From: the human T2T-CHM13v2.0 reference genome, Homo sapiens
Assembly (NCBI RefSeq): GCF_009914755.1
Contig: NC_060932.1
Length of the DNA stretch: 64,000 nt
Strand: one strand, 5' to 3'
The notes under the pieces are model-generated. The model did no database searches and was not told where the DNA came from. It saw only the letters and a program-made list of their open reading frames with translations. Position numbers and translations under genes: made by a program. The number at the start of each line of letters is the position of its first letter. Position 1 is the stretch's first letter. Shown one piece after another: positions 1 to 13,360 of this stretch.

Positions 1-628
1 AAGTCACTTAGCCAAGAAAAACCTGGAAATCAGATCTTCTGACTCTAGCTCAGTGCTCACGCAAGAGATTTCCAGAAACAAGCCACTTTTAAATTCACAA
101 GAACTACAAGGAAGGGGAAAAAATGGTGTTTATTTTTAAATGAATATACTGTTTCTTTAAATCCAATGTCATAGTCTTAAATTCCCTAAAACAGTACAAT
201 TTTAGGCCTTTATATCTCAAAATTATTTTCAAGACTCCTGGAACAAGAAAATCCCAGTGGCTTAACACATTATCAAAATATTACCATCTATCAGGATTTC
301 CTAAATCAATGTATCTTTCTTGGGGAAAAAGGGGGTCTGTATGAAATTAAGATTTGGAATATTTGTAGATTAATAATGCACATAAGGTCTTTAGTTTAAT
401 CTAGCATTTCACAAATTTGCTGACTGATATATACTTCAGACTTTTTATAAAATACCAACGGTCATTCTAAAGCACTTTTGTTCCAATGAACAAAATCATC
501 TTGGAAAACACTTCTGTGTATTTTTAAAAGATGATCATTTCCTAAATAAAAAACAAAATTATTATAATTTTTCCTTATTTCTCTAACATCCACATTTTCA
601 TCTTTTCTGAAAAGGTAAATTATCTTAC

Positions 629-714
629 TATTTGTACATTTAACACGACAGTGTCCCTTTTTTCATTTCCTGAAAAGCTGTTGACCCAATATCGTACTTC
701 GTAATCAACAGCAA
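629..714 (-). other. Candidate 86-nt exon of minus-strand transcript (probably non-coding)
   Basis: Minus strand: acceptor ttctctattccaag|TTGCTG, donor AAATA|gtaaga. Retains 3 CpGs in a CpG-poor background; unique sequence. Confidence 0.6.
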
Positions 715-1383
715 CTTGGAATAGAGAACTATGGTAAAAAATCTTCTCGTAATCTTAAAGTGTACTCTCGTGACACAAATGACATGACATCATATTAAAA
801 GGTCTCCTTCTTAGCTAAATCACATACCCAGAACTAATACTGAAAAATCTGGGGAGACTTCAATTCAGATGAAATGTATACTTTAAATACATATTAGCAA
901 AGACAGGTAATTGGGGGAAAATGTACATCAGAGAAATAACATTTGAATCCATCTTAAACTATTACAGAGATCTGTATCTAAAATTGGGAACAAACATTTA
1001 CAGGTAAAGGGGAAGATAAATTACTTAATCACTGAGCCCATTAACCTACTTGTAACATGGAAGTAACTATTAATATAAGTGTGGTTTTGCCCTATTTATA
1101 AAATAGCAAATGATGAGGCAAAGGCTAATTAGCTAATCTGAATTTATCTTGTGCTCATGATTTTATAACACTAGATATATCTATTTATTCCCAAAGGGAT
1201 TAGGCATTTCTAACCCTTCCTCTAGGCAACGATGAGTTCCCTAATAACCAAACAAGTTTCTTTTTACTTCTAACTAATAATGTTTAGCAAGTCCAAAAAT
1301 ACTTTCAAATGCTTTTGAAAATGTAAGGCAGCTTAGAAATAAGCTGTTTTTAGTAATGGTATTTTAGAAGTGGTATAACTTAC

Positions 1384-1437
1384 CACTTCAGGCAAAGAGG
1401 TATGACTTGTCACTGGTAATAGTGGTAACTCGGGAAG
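1384..1437 (-). other. Candidate 54-nt exon of minus-strand transcript
   Basis: Acceptor ctcttttcag|CTTCCC and consensus donor GTG|gtaagt. One open frame (LPELPLLPVTSHTSLPEV). Confidence 0.7.
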
Positions 1438-1810
1438 CTGAAAAGAGTTATTTTGAGAAAATAAGAAATTGTGGGCTCTAGTCTCAAACCTCACCCTTCA
1501 CCTCATATATATGAAATGTTATGCTTCTGTAATTCACAAATCAAATTTCTGTTTAAAACTGGAAGAATTAACAACAGAGTAAGTTATATATTTACTTTTA
1601 AGGTACACACACGAAAAAATTTTTAGGAATAGAAGTACTCAGTGTTGGCTAAAAGATTTTAGATATTTCAGTCACTTCCTAATCCTTAAAATGTTTATAC
1701 AAGTTTCTCCCCACTTCCTCCACCATCCCCCTATTATATCCATTTTATAATTCAGAAGGTGATCTGTTAACCAGGCCATAAACAGAAAGTAAACTTCAAA
1801 AACAACTGCT

Positions 1811-2169
<359 letters not shown>

Positions 2170-3012
2170 TTAAAATAAAGTACAGAATGCCACAAAGACT
2201 CATAAAGGCATCAAAGTACAGTATGCTTCACCAACCTATATTATCCTATTTCTATCTATGGACTAAAATTATATAAAGTGACCTCTCTGCAAGTGAGTTT
2301 AGACTCCAAATGCTAGATTAAGGAATTATGTCTAAACTACTTACAAAAACAATAACAAACAGCATATTTTGGAAGGTCACATTAAAAAAATTGAACTACC
2401 ATCTCCAGTGCCTAAATTCCATGATGTAATAAGCCTGTATGATGGATATAACAAGAAATTTACACTCTGCAGATTGTTAAACTAGAACAAAATCCCTGAA
2501 ACATTGAAAAGTGAGGGTTTTGAAATGTTTTTTAAATATGAAACCAAGCAGCATTCATTTCCTAAATGTAAAATATAATTTAAAAAATAATGAAAAGGAT
2601 TGTTATTTAAGCATTCCAAAATTGTTTTTCAGCAACTGCTATGCTTTTTTAGAATATTAAAACTGTATTATTGTATGTGTGAACAAGACTGTTGTCTTTC
2701 TCAGTTATATAATGAATTGAGAATTGAACCATGTTTCCTAAGGCCTACAAGAGAAACGCAAGTGTGCTATGTAATCAATGCTTTCTAGTAGACATTTCAT
2801 TGAACTTATTCATTTTATCTAGCAGGAAGGCAGAAATGATAAACGCTGATGTGGGTTGATACCACTCACTCCTACATATCTGAGCCTTTTCATTTATTTG
2901 AGTGTCCTAAATCTCCAACATGTTCAATAAAATACTGGAAGGTAAAGAAGTTTTGACGAGCTAAGGAAGGCAATGCACTGTGCCTCACAATCACTTTTTG
3001 CCTATGTCTTAC

Positions 3013-3151
3013 AGAAATCAAGTAAGATACTTGACACTGATTATAAAGGGATGATCATCTAGCTTGTTGATGATGCTGATGATACAAAAGTCATTCTATG
3101 TTTGATTTCTTCCTCTTTTCTTTCAGGTGTCTTTTTGGGCATTCAACACCT
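3013..3151 (-). other. Candidate ~139-nt exon (alternative 3' end at 3031)
   Basis: Acceptor ctttctttttcttag|AGGTG; donor TCT|gtaaga, or weaker CAA|gtatct. Purine-rich body; stops in all three frames. Confidence 0.55.
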
Positions 3152-4439
3152 CTAAGAAAAAGAAAGAATTGAGAAAATGAGGTAAAATTCCAACCTATGA
3201 AATTTCATTTCCAGCAAAAACACTTAAAAAACAAAACAAACAGAATAACCTCTTAGAGACCCAAAAGAAAATACATTAAAACACTAAAAGTGGTTGTGTA
3301 TGGATGACGCCATTATGGATAGATTCTTTCATGTCCACGCCTTCTAAATTATAACCATATTATTAATACTTATATTTAATACCAAAACAATAAAAGCATT
3401 ACTGGGAAAGTAAGTTAAATGATTCCAAACATTTTAACTACCCTGACCTTATACTACACAAGACAAAGGGGAAGTCGCCTATAAAACTTGACACTATAAA
3501 CAAATACAGAAGTATCTCTTGCTTATTCTTTTCTTCCCTATCTGTGTTAACAAAGGGAAAAGGAATAAAGGAAAAGAAAGCCATGAGGACACACTCACAA
3601 ACCAAAACCACAAGAAAAATAATCTAAAACCAGACTGCAGGAGGCAGGAGGAAGGCACCATTCTCTATAAGAAGTGATTTTGCAACACTAATAGCAAACC
3701 CACATTCCTGCCACAAGCCTCATCCACAACCTAATGCTTTCAAACAGGCCACACGGCTGGCGGCCCTGAGAGCCTTCCAGAGAGGAACCAAGATAGAGAA
3801 ATCAGGAGGGCTGAGGACTGAATTGAGCCCTAATCTGATTCCAATGAAACACTGCCCTGCTGGGGTATAATATTATGGTAGGCAGGAATTAATAGATGAC
3901 GGAACTTCTAAAGAAAATTCCTAAAGGAACACTGCTTTGAATGTGAGCCTCTTCCATTAATGATGAAACAGCTGAAGTACTGCAGTACATGCTTTCTAGG
4001 GAGAGTCATCCGCACGATGCATAAGGTAAGGAAAATGCAGCATCACCTTCAGAAACAATACAGAGGGTATGCCTAGATGAAAAATCTGCTCTCAGTAAAT
4101 AAACTATGTTTGTGTGAACATTAAGAGTCTCGTTTCCTCTCGAGTCAAAGCACCATATGGCTGAAAGCAAAGTCTTATTAGATTTGGAGACTGAACTGGT
4201 TTATGAGGGCTCAAACTTGTTCAATGAGCTGTTTTAAAGGCACTATGTTTTTACCAAGTCCTGGGAGTGTCCCTCATGATACTACCTCAACCAACTCCAA
4301 GAAGCCAGACACCTTCCTACACAAATGCCAAACACTTCATCTCAATCCCGATAGAACTCTCTAAAACAGCACTCTGGTTTTGTTTCCAGATCATTCAAGA
4401 AATTACTCATTCAGATCCAGCAATCCCACTTCTGGGTAT

Positions 4440-4760
4440 TGTTAAACAAAAATTATGGGAGGCCGTTGTTTTGGACTGAGCTCCTACACTAGGTCCCAAC
4501 AGACCAGACCAAACCAAACTGGAATTACTCATGCTATGCCACATAACCAAACGGAAACTTCAAGGTAGGAGATAGATCCCAAAACAGATCAGTTTTTTTC
4601 TGAAAATGGGAGATTACAGTCTTCCTGAGCCAGTGTAATAAGGAAGTCCCCTGTGCTTTAACCCTTACCAGAAAGTAACCAAAGTAACCTGATGTTAAAT
4701 AAAATAAAAGCCAATCAAATCTATAACTAAACTTCTTGTAATTTTGTCTTTTGGTAGTTC
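4440..4760 (+). mobile_element. ERV1 (MER4-group) LTR, appears internally deleted
   Basis: Begins tgttaaacaaaaattatgggaggccgttgttttggactgagctcc, typical of MER4-group LTRs. Exact subfamily not assigned. Confidence 0.8.
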
Positions 4761-5700
4761 TGGTGTCCAACAGTGGGACCTGAAAAACACTGCTGATGAC
4801 GCCCGAGACCCATGGGGAATGCAGGAGAGGTGTTGCCCACCTCTTTTAAAGTCCCCTGTCTTCCTCACACTGTTCGGAAGGTTGTAAGTTCCTCACGGTT
4901 CAGACTCTGATCTCTGCGTGGAGCCCCTGGATAGTTTTGGCTTTTGAACTCAGGGTTAGTTTGTGCTATAAGAGAGCACATGAACTCTTGGGGTTTGCAG
5001 TGGCTAGCAAGAGCTACAGTTTTAAAGGCAATGTACCGCGGTTGCAATGAGTGGCTATGATTGCAGAGGGTGTGATCTCCAGGTTTCAGAATTCACAAAG
5101 ATTTGGATTCTATCCTCTTTGTTTCTTTTTCTTGTGTGCTTTGGTAGGGGGAAATCACTGGCTAGTCAGTCAAGGGGATCCCAGTGCCAAAAGTCACAAC
5201 TTGACTGGTGGACCTGGTTCAAGCACTTAAGAGCTGTTAGATTAACCAGACATGAAAAAATAAGACTGTCGTGAGAGGATAAACTGGACACAAAACACAG
5301 CAGTGCCACCACCTTCAGGAAGTATCTGCACAAGAAGGCACACCAAAAGCATTGCACAACCCAACACTGTGGCATTTCCCTCTTAGGCTTTTACCTCAGA
5401 TTTGAGAGATCCAATATTCAACATAAAAAATGAGATCCTTAATTTCTAAAGAACTAAGTACTCCACCTTCTGGATAAACCTGTCTTTTATATGAGTAAGT
5501 GTTAGGTCCCAGAAGCTACAAAATACTGGCAAAAATGGCAAAATCACAACAAAGATAATTTAGAATTACAATGGCCATTACATGGAGCATTTCAGATAAA
5601 CAGCACTGCACTTTAAGAAGTCCATTTAAAAATAAGGAGTCCTAATTCAGGCCAACCCAGGGGCATCTATTGGTATGTAGAAGCTTCTAAAAAGATTTCA

Positions 5701-5863
5701 GGCCAGCACAGTGGCTCATACCTGTAATCTAAACACTTTGGGAGGCCAAGGCAGGAGGACTGCTTGAGGCCAGGAATTCGAGGCTGCAGTGAGCTACGAT
5801 CATGTCACTGTATTCCAGCCTGGGTGACAGAGTGAGACCCTGTCTCTAAAAAACAAAAAAAAA
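5701..5863 (+). mobile_element. Alu monomer (FRAM-like or arm-recombined AluJ)
   Basis: About 150 bp: left-arm 5' half joined to right-arm 3' half, with A tail. Confidence 0.9.
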
Positions 5864-6405
5864 TGAAGTTTTCAAAAAAAATTGTTTATTGCCACTTTTA
5901 AGACACTTTACAAAAGGAAAATGAAACACTTAAAACTAGTTGACAAAAAAATTCAAGTTGCAGGCCATTTCACTTAGTTACTACCTCACCACAAAAACAA
6001 AGGAACATTGGGAAAGTCTTATAAAAGTTAGGCCCTCAGGTCAAGCCGGTTTGCTTCTTTTTCAGAGCTTTCCATGCTGAGTGCAGTCATAATGCTTAAT
6101 CAGCCCTATTTGTTAATGTGCCCCACCTGGAACTCAATAAGCCAGTGAAGAAACAGAAGCTAAACTGAAAAGCCACCTAACAAAATTTGTTTCCAAAATA
6201 CGCCTTTCTGGCATTCAGGCGGTTATTTTGAATAGGCTTCTGAATGTTCTCCTAGGCTCATCTGTGTACTTCCTTGTAAAATTCTGCAGTGAATTCCTAT
6301 GGCTTTTTGTTGCCTCAGCATATCTTTTGAATCCTCCTCTGTGGCTCCCTAACTGACACACCTGAACCTAATTCTCCTCCTGCTCAGTGCTCTTAAAAAG
6401 TGGCT

Positions 6406-6700
6406 GGCCAGGCATGGTGGCTCATGCCTGTAATCCCAGCACTTTGGGAGGCAAGGAGGGCAGATCACTTAAGCCCAGGAGTTTGAGGTGAGCCTAGGCA
6501 ACTAGGCAAAATCCCATCTCTACAACAAATACCAAAAAAATTAGCTGGGCTTAGTGGCGCCTGCCTGTAGTCCCAGCTACTCGGGAGGCTGTGGGAGGAT
6601 CATTTGAGCCCAGGAGGTTGAGGCTGCCGTTAGCTGTAATCACCACTGCCCTCCAGACTGGGTGACAGAGGGAGACCCTGTCTCAAAAGAAAAAAAAAGA
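6406..6700 (+). mobile_element. AluJ
   Basis: Dimeric Alu with J-type ggaggatcatttgagcccaggaggttgaggctg. Confidence 0.9.
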
Positions 6701-7181
6701 AGGAGGGGCTATCTCAATAGGCCCATCAGGGCAGGACTACAGTTTACAGCCACTCCCCAGGCAGAAATCTCAAGACCAAGTCATAGGAAAATACACTGTA
6801 TCCAGTTTTAGCAGAAAATGGGTGTTTTGTCCACCCAGATGAGCTCTGGAGATATTCAGACCTAAATTTTAGTCCACAGTCTCTATACCATTGACCTCTG
6901 ACAAAAGGCAATACGCCCTAAGCTCTTTCTTGAAAAAAACTTCCATTTTTTCCCAGTGCCTTTGAGAAGTAAACTTTCCACATTAACATTCACGCCTTTC
7001 CAAGTACAAATTTAGGGTTGCCTAGCTAACAACTGACTAGAGCAATGAAACGGGAAAGACGGATAATCTGAAACAGGGAGAGAAACTATTGGGAAACTGG
7101 CATCTGTACATTTGTGTATGTCTATTATGCATGTTATATACCTTGGATGATGTTTCTGAAATTTATAAAGAGCTCTATTTA

Positions 7182-7492
7182 GGCCAGGCATGGTGGCTAA
7201 CACCTGTAATCCCAATGCTTTAGGAGGCTGAGGTGGGCAGGTCGCTTGAGCCCAAGGGTTCGACACCAGCCTGAGCAACATAGTGAAACCCTGACTCTAC
7301 AAAAAATACAAAAATTTGCCAGGCATGGTGGTGTAGGACCATGGTCTCAGCTACTTGGGAGGCTGAGGTGGGAGGATCACCTGAGCCCAGGACGTGGAGG
7401 TTACAGTGAGCCGTGATGACACCACTGCACACTAGCATAGGCAACAGAGACCCTGTCTCAAAAATAAATAAATAAATAAATAAATAAATAAA
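7182..7492 (+). mobile_element. AluJ with (TAAA)n tail
   Basis: Dimeric Alu; agctctatttag TSD on both sides. Confidence 0.92.
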
Positions 7493-9074
7493 AGCTCTAT
7501 TTAGCTGGCTTTTAAAAAGTGATGCTTAAATAAATATTCTCTCAGAAAACAGAAACTAATGTCTTTTACTTCAGGTGATCTGAGATAATCTTTGGTAAAT
7601 AAAGCTAGTTTTAAAATTATTGTTAAAAATGTTTTTGGAATTGCTAACATCAATTATAATGCAAGCATACTTTCTTTAAACCTAGTTTTACTAGTCAAAC
7701 AGGCTTGTTATCTCCTAGATATTTAAGACCTTAAAACTATAAATCCAAGCTTATTGCAGAATACTCATGAAAATAAATTGCTTGATACATGTCAGACATG
7801 GAGGTAAAAGGAAGAGGGAAAAACCAAGTTTAAGTTATTGGTTTCTTTGCTTCTGTGATATTTTTAACTGTCCGATTTGTCAAAAAATATGATGATGGGT
7901 AGCCTTGTTTTCCATGAGCAATTCAAACATAACTATTAAGAATGAATAAATTAGGTGAATGTGAATAGTATAAATGTTTATAAATTCACTTTTCAAAATT
8001 TTAAAATTCCTTTGCAGTAACGTGAAATCTTAAATAGATATTCATGAAATGTCTGCCTCATTTCTATGTAAGTTAAAATGCTGAAACATTAATTGCTGAA
8101 TACAAGTTTAAAGTATATGTATTTTGACATCTTGTTTTTATATGGAAGCTATATATCTGGGTCTGTTAAAAAAAACATGAAGAAACTACATTATGAGAAA
8201 AAGTGTTCTAAAAATTTTGAAACAGTGCTCATCTACAAAATGCTGATACACAACAGCTCACAACTGCTTATTACTTCCTCAGTTTTCTCTATAAATTAAA
8301 ATCACTAAGTTAAAAACTCTACTATATGATAATTAAAACTAGAAATAAGAGAAAAAACTCTTTATGCAAGGAAAGGAATGTGGTTTTTTGGTAAGTCAGG
8401 CTTACATGAAAGATATGGTTTTATTAAGAGAAAAAGATAGTAATTTTTGTCCTAGAGTGACTGGTTGTTCCAATATGAATAAAAAGCATAGGCTATAAGA
8501 AGGGTTGTAAAAGGTTTGTGGAAAATGAAACTTGCAAAAGAAATTTTACATGCAATCAAACTGGCTAAAATTGCAAGGAAATTAAAAGTTTTTCTAAAAA
8601 CTGAGCATATATATCAAAATACACTAACACAAAACAGGTAATCTGATACTCTGTTAAAAAAAAGGTTTTCTTGGAGGAGTATTGATCTGCTCTTAATAAA
8701 AAATAATGAAAGGTTTTTATCTTTTAGGTAACTGGTCTCGAAAACAAGGATTCTGTGTTTTATCAGTATGATTCACTGTGCATATTGTCTTTAGTAAGTG
8801 TTATGAGTTATCTCTATTAAAGAACTAAGGTTTTATCTACAAATATATAACTTTCTGTATTTGCCTTTTGAAATCCTTTTATTATCACACTGATTAAATG
8901 AATGACTACTATTTCGCAGTGACCTGTGATCCTATTTTGATCAAGTGTTTTAAACCTTCAATAATTTTGACAAGCTTCCCAAAATCAAATTCTAAATTAA
9001 CTTTCTGAGCTCCAAATTAACTTTGGGATTTTCTTCTAGGCCCCTGGAAAGCCTCAATGGGTTTTCTATTGTTT

Positions 9075-9465
9075 TGCATTTTGAGATCTATTGTACAGCA
9101 TGGAAAGTATAGTTAACAACAGTGTATTATACACATCAAAATTCTTAAATTTCAAATGTTCTCACCACATAAAGTTTTCAAAATGAGGGATATGTTAATT
9201 AGCTTGATTTAATTATTCCACATTATATTCATAAAATATAACATCACTTTGTTTTTTTTTTTGTAGAGATAGGGTTTCACCATGTTGCCCAGGCTAATCT
9301 TGAACCCCTGAGCTCCAGCACTCCACCTGCCTCAGCCTCTCAAAGTGCTGGGATTACAGGCATGAGCTTCCATGCCCAGCCAATATTCATAAAATATAAC
9401 ATCACTTTGTAACCCATAAGTATGTAATTACAAATTGCCAATTTACAAAATTAAAATTTTTGAAA
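9075..9465 (+). mobile_element. L1MA-type 3' end, interrupted by an Alu monomer
   Basis: ttttgagatctattgtacagcatgg...tatagttaacaacagtgtatt and atgttaattagcttgatttaa are L1MA 3'UTR motifs. Confidence 0.75.
9253..9381 (-). mobile_element. FLAM-type Alu left monomer
   Basis: Left arm only; flanked by an identical 28-bp direct repeat. Confidence 0.9.
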
Positions 9466-9713
9466 AAGAAATTATTTATCCAAAGGAGATTTCAGTAGGT
9501 ACCAGGCAGGCTGTGCACATCCATTTTCTTTCTCACAGAGGAAGTAGACTTACTAAGACACCCTTCGCCACACAAGAAGCAAAACAGCATTCTTTCCTAT
9601 GAGGTTTGAAATTTCTAATATATCAGAAATGCTTTGCTTTTTTCCTTCATCAAGAATATATTTTATTTATAAACTTGATTCTTAGGTAATGCTTTCCTAA
9701 GTTTCAGAATATA

Positions 9714-9744
<31 letters not shown>

Positions 9745-9774
9745 GGTGAAACAGCCAAGTGAATAAAACTATCT

Positions 9775-10071
<297 letters not shown>

Positions 10072-10544
10072 CTAGTAAGTTATTTATTTCATCATATGGC
10101 ACTAAGAAAATCATCATGTTTGCCATTAAAACTAGGTACACTAATAACTTATAGCTTAATATTTTTGGCATGGTTCTTACTGAAATCTGCTACTTTCAAC
10201 CAAGTCATTATGCCTCGAGAGCTCTGTCAAGACTTAATATATGTTCATTCCTATGATAAATATTTACTGATATTTCAGATAAATAGTTGTGGTTGCTGTA
10301 ACACATATATTCACTACAGAAAACTGTAGATTTCTATATAAGCAAGAACCAATTATTGTATGATCATAAGCAATACCATAAGGGCAATATGAATATTTAC
10401 TAGTATTATACAAAACAGCTAGCACCAAATATTTGGATTTCAGTACAGTTCTTCCTCCAGTACCCACATCCTTGAGACGTATTAGGAGGTAAAATTCACC
10501 TAAGTTTTAGAACTCAACAAACCATATCTCAAGTATTTACTTCT

Positions 10545-10730
10545 GCCTTTACCATACGTGTGATCCTGGGCAAGTTAGTTAACCTCCCTCGGCCTTAGTT
10601 TCTTCATTTGTAAAATAATAATACAAACCTTGTTAAGTTTTTAACAGAACAATATATTGTATGTAAAGTACCTAGGAAAGGGTCTGGCCCATAGTAAATG
10701 CTTGATAATGACAGTGATTACTGTAATCAT
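10545..10730 (+). mobile_element. MIR SINE
   Basis: Core tgtgatcctgggcaagttagttaacctc...ccttagtttcttcatttgtaaaat; 3' catagtaaatgcttgataa. Confidence 0.75.
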
Positions 10731-12255
10731 TGTTGAAATTGCAGAGATCAAACAATTCCTAATAATATAGCCAAAAAAGTGAAGTGCTCAGGACCTTCAA
10801 AAATATTTCAAAGAATTTGTTATCAAGATATTTTTAGACTTGTATTTCTGGGTTCTACAAAGTCCAGATGGTATCTTCTGTCCTACACAAGTTAGGCTGT
10901 GTCGTAAGACTCTTCTACCAGGTACTTTCTTGACATCTGTGAGAGGCAAGCAGGTATTTCCCCAGTACTTAAACACTAGGTCTGCTAATTACTGAGTCAG
11001 ATTTAACGAATACGTAAACTACTCTGGCTATGCTAAACACTTAGGGAGGCTGCATCAGATTTTTCAACAACTGGTCAGTATGTACTGAGTCCACTGAGTA
11101 CGCAGCTATGTTCTAAAAAGTTGCATTCACATCAATAATCAAACATAATCCCTGCCTGAGTAGAGTTTACCATCTAGAGGAAACAAACTAAAAGAAGTTT
11201 AAAAGAAAATGTAGTATGTTTTAGTATAATGGCTAGCTAAAGTTGATTTTGCTGTGTTTTAAAAACGAGAAAGAATATAATTAGATGAGAGGCAGTTATA
11301 AATATAAATTACAATTTGGATGTTGAATGTAGCAACAGCGAGAAAGCACACGAACACAGGATGAAACATAAGTAATGCTGACAGTGAAAAGCAGATTTAT
11401 CTGAGGTAGGAAAAAAAATTAGCAAACTTCAAAAAGGTCATTGATATTAAGGGTGCTAACAGCCTAATCTGGAAATTTAACAAAATTTTTTTAAAAAATA
11501 ATTATTTGATACATTAAGTCCTTTGCTAATTATTGAAGGGGGGGAGATTATTGCCTGGGGATACTTATTACCATAAACGATGTGTAAATCAGACTACTGA
11601 TTATATGATTATAACATTGTCTCACTCAATAAATACTATCTACCCAACTATCTCCAATAACCTTTCTGACACCTGGTATGAGCCTATGTGCTAATTTTCT
11701 GGTTTTCTAGAAAAAAAATAGTTTTTAAAATGAACTCCCAAAAAGATCCAAAATTTAAAGAATAATATGTATATACAAACACAACTATCCAATACCATAT
11801 GGTAGGTTAACATGGTATTTCCAGGACAGTCCTAATCTTCAGTGGGGATGAACATGCTTCCCTGAACAGTCTGGGGTCCCATTTCCCAGGCCCAGCCCTT
11901 CCCCTACCCATTACTGGTCCCACATACCACCTTAACTGGTTCTGCTACTAGTTTTTCTCTCCCTCTGAAAATCCGTCTTAATAAAGGACTTCATTTTTCA
12001 AGACTGACATGTATATGCCTAGGATACACATGTTAGGATAAAATATACTAAGTAAGCTGGTGATTATTCTACTCCAAATATCTCTATTTTCTCCATCTTA
12101 TCAATATATGCTATCTAATCCCTAAAGTATATGGAGACATCTTGTCAATTTGTGACCAAAATGCAGTGCAAATTTCATTCATTCATTCTCTAGTTCCTCA
12201 TGAACTCATCAAGTACCAGGTGCCAGAGGATATAAAAAAGTTGTATTAATATCTT

Positions 12256-12551
12256 TGTTTTTTTTAGGTTTATTTTTGAGACAAGGTCTCGCTCTGTCAC
12301 TCAGGCTGCAGTGCAGTGATGTGACCAAAGCTCGCTGCAATCTCAAACTTATTGGGCGCAAGTGATCCTCCTGCCTCAGCCTCCCAGGTTGCTGGGACTG
12401 TAGGCACGTGCCACTGCACCCAGCTAATTTTTAATTTATTTTCTGTAAAGACAGGGTTCTCACTATGTTGTCAAGGCTGGTCTCAAACTCCTGCCTCAAG
12501 CAATCCACCCGCCTTGGCCTCCCAAAAGCTCACGAGCCATGGTGTCCAACC
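12256..12551 (-). mobile_element. AluJ
   Basis: Reverse-complement dimeric Alu. Confidence 0.9.
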
Positions 12552-13360
12552 CCAAAAAAAAAAAGGTACTCATATAGGATAAACTCTATAGATCAACAAC
12601 CTTTAAAAGAAAATTAATAACCCTTTCTTACTCATTCCAAGAAGATTTTGCTATCCTTGGGACTTGTTCCAAGAGACAAGATATTAGGTACTGTTTCCAA
12701 ACGTGGCCTCATATCTGAACCAACTATTTCAAATGCAGTCAGTTCTACCTTTCCCCCTTTAATGAAGTTATCATTCACTCTGATCTTTTTAAATTTTCCT
12801 TTTTATGTTTACTTTGGAAATTTTGAAAAATAGAAAAAAAGCATAAAAGAGAGGAAGAAATATTCACCACTATCTCTACCCCCATGAAGTAACTTCTCTT
12901 AGTATTTTAGCTAATATTTTTTAATTTATTTCTTTCAGATGTTTTTACTATCCATATCTTTAAACATAATAATTTACTACTTAGCTATTTGCCCTTACCA
13001 TTACTGTTATTCCTATCTTAAGAATATGGCATCATGTACCTAACCATTTCTTTCCTGTTAAACAGTGCTGTTTCCATTGTTTCACTGTTTACAGAAACTG
13101 TATGACAGAAATCTTTGAACACAAATCTTCGTCTGGTTATATAATTATTTCCTAGGCATTCCTTGGTCAAAAGATATGCTCAACTGGTAAGGCTTCTGCT
13201 ATACAAAGCCAAAGTGGTTTTTCAGAAAAGTAGTAACAATTTATACCAAAGACTAGTTCCTGAAAATGCTCTTTCAATCACAATCTAATTAACAAAGGGC
13301 AGTCTCTCACTCATTCACTCATTCTACTAATTTAATAAATAGAAAGTAGAACATAACATC

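Larger units (their letters stand above)
4761..9058 (+). mobile_element. Degenerate ERV1/MER4-group internal sequence interrupted by three Alus
   Basis: PBS-like tggtgtccaacagtggga follows the LTR. MER4-group internal motifs such as gacctgtgatcctattttgatcaagtgttttaaacc and ggcccctggaaagcctc. No intact gag/pol/env ORF. Confidence 0.7.

Noticed and set aside
9716-9744. Orphan T29 tract
   Set aside because: No attached element body or clear TSD; treated as a simple mononucleotide repeat.
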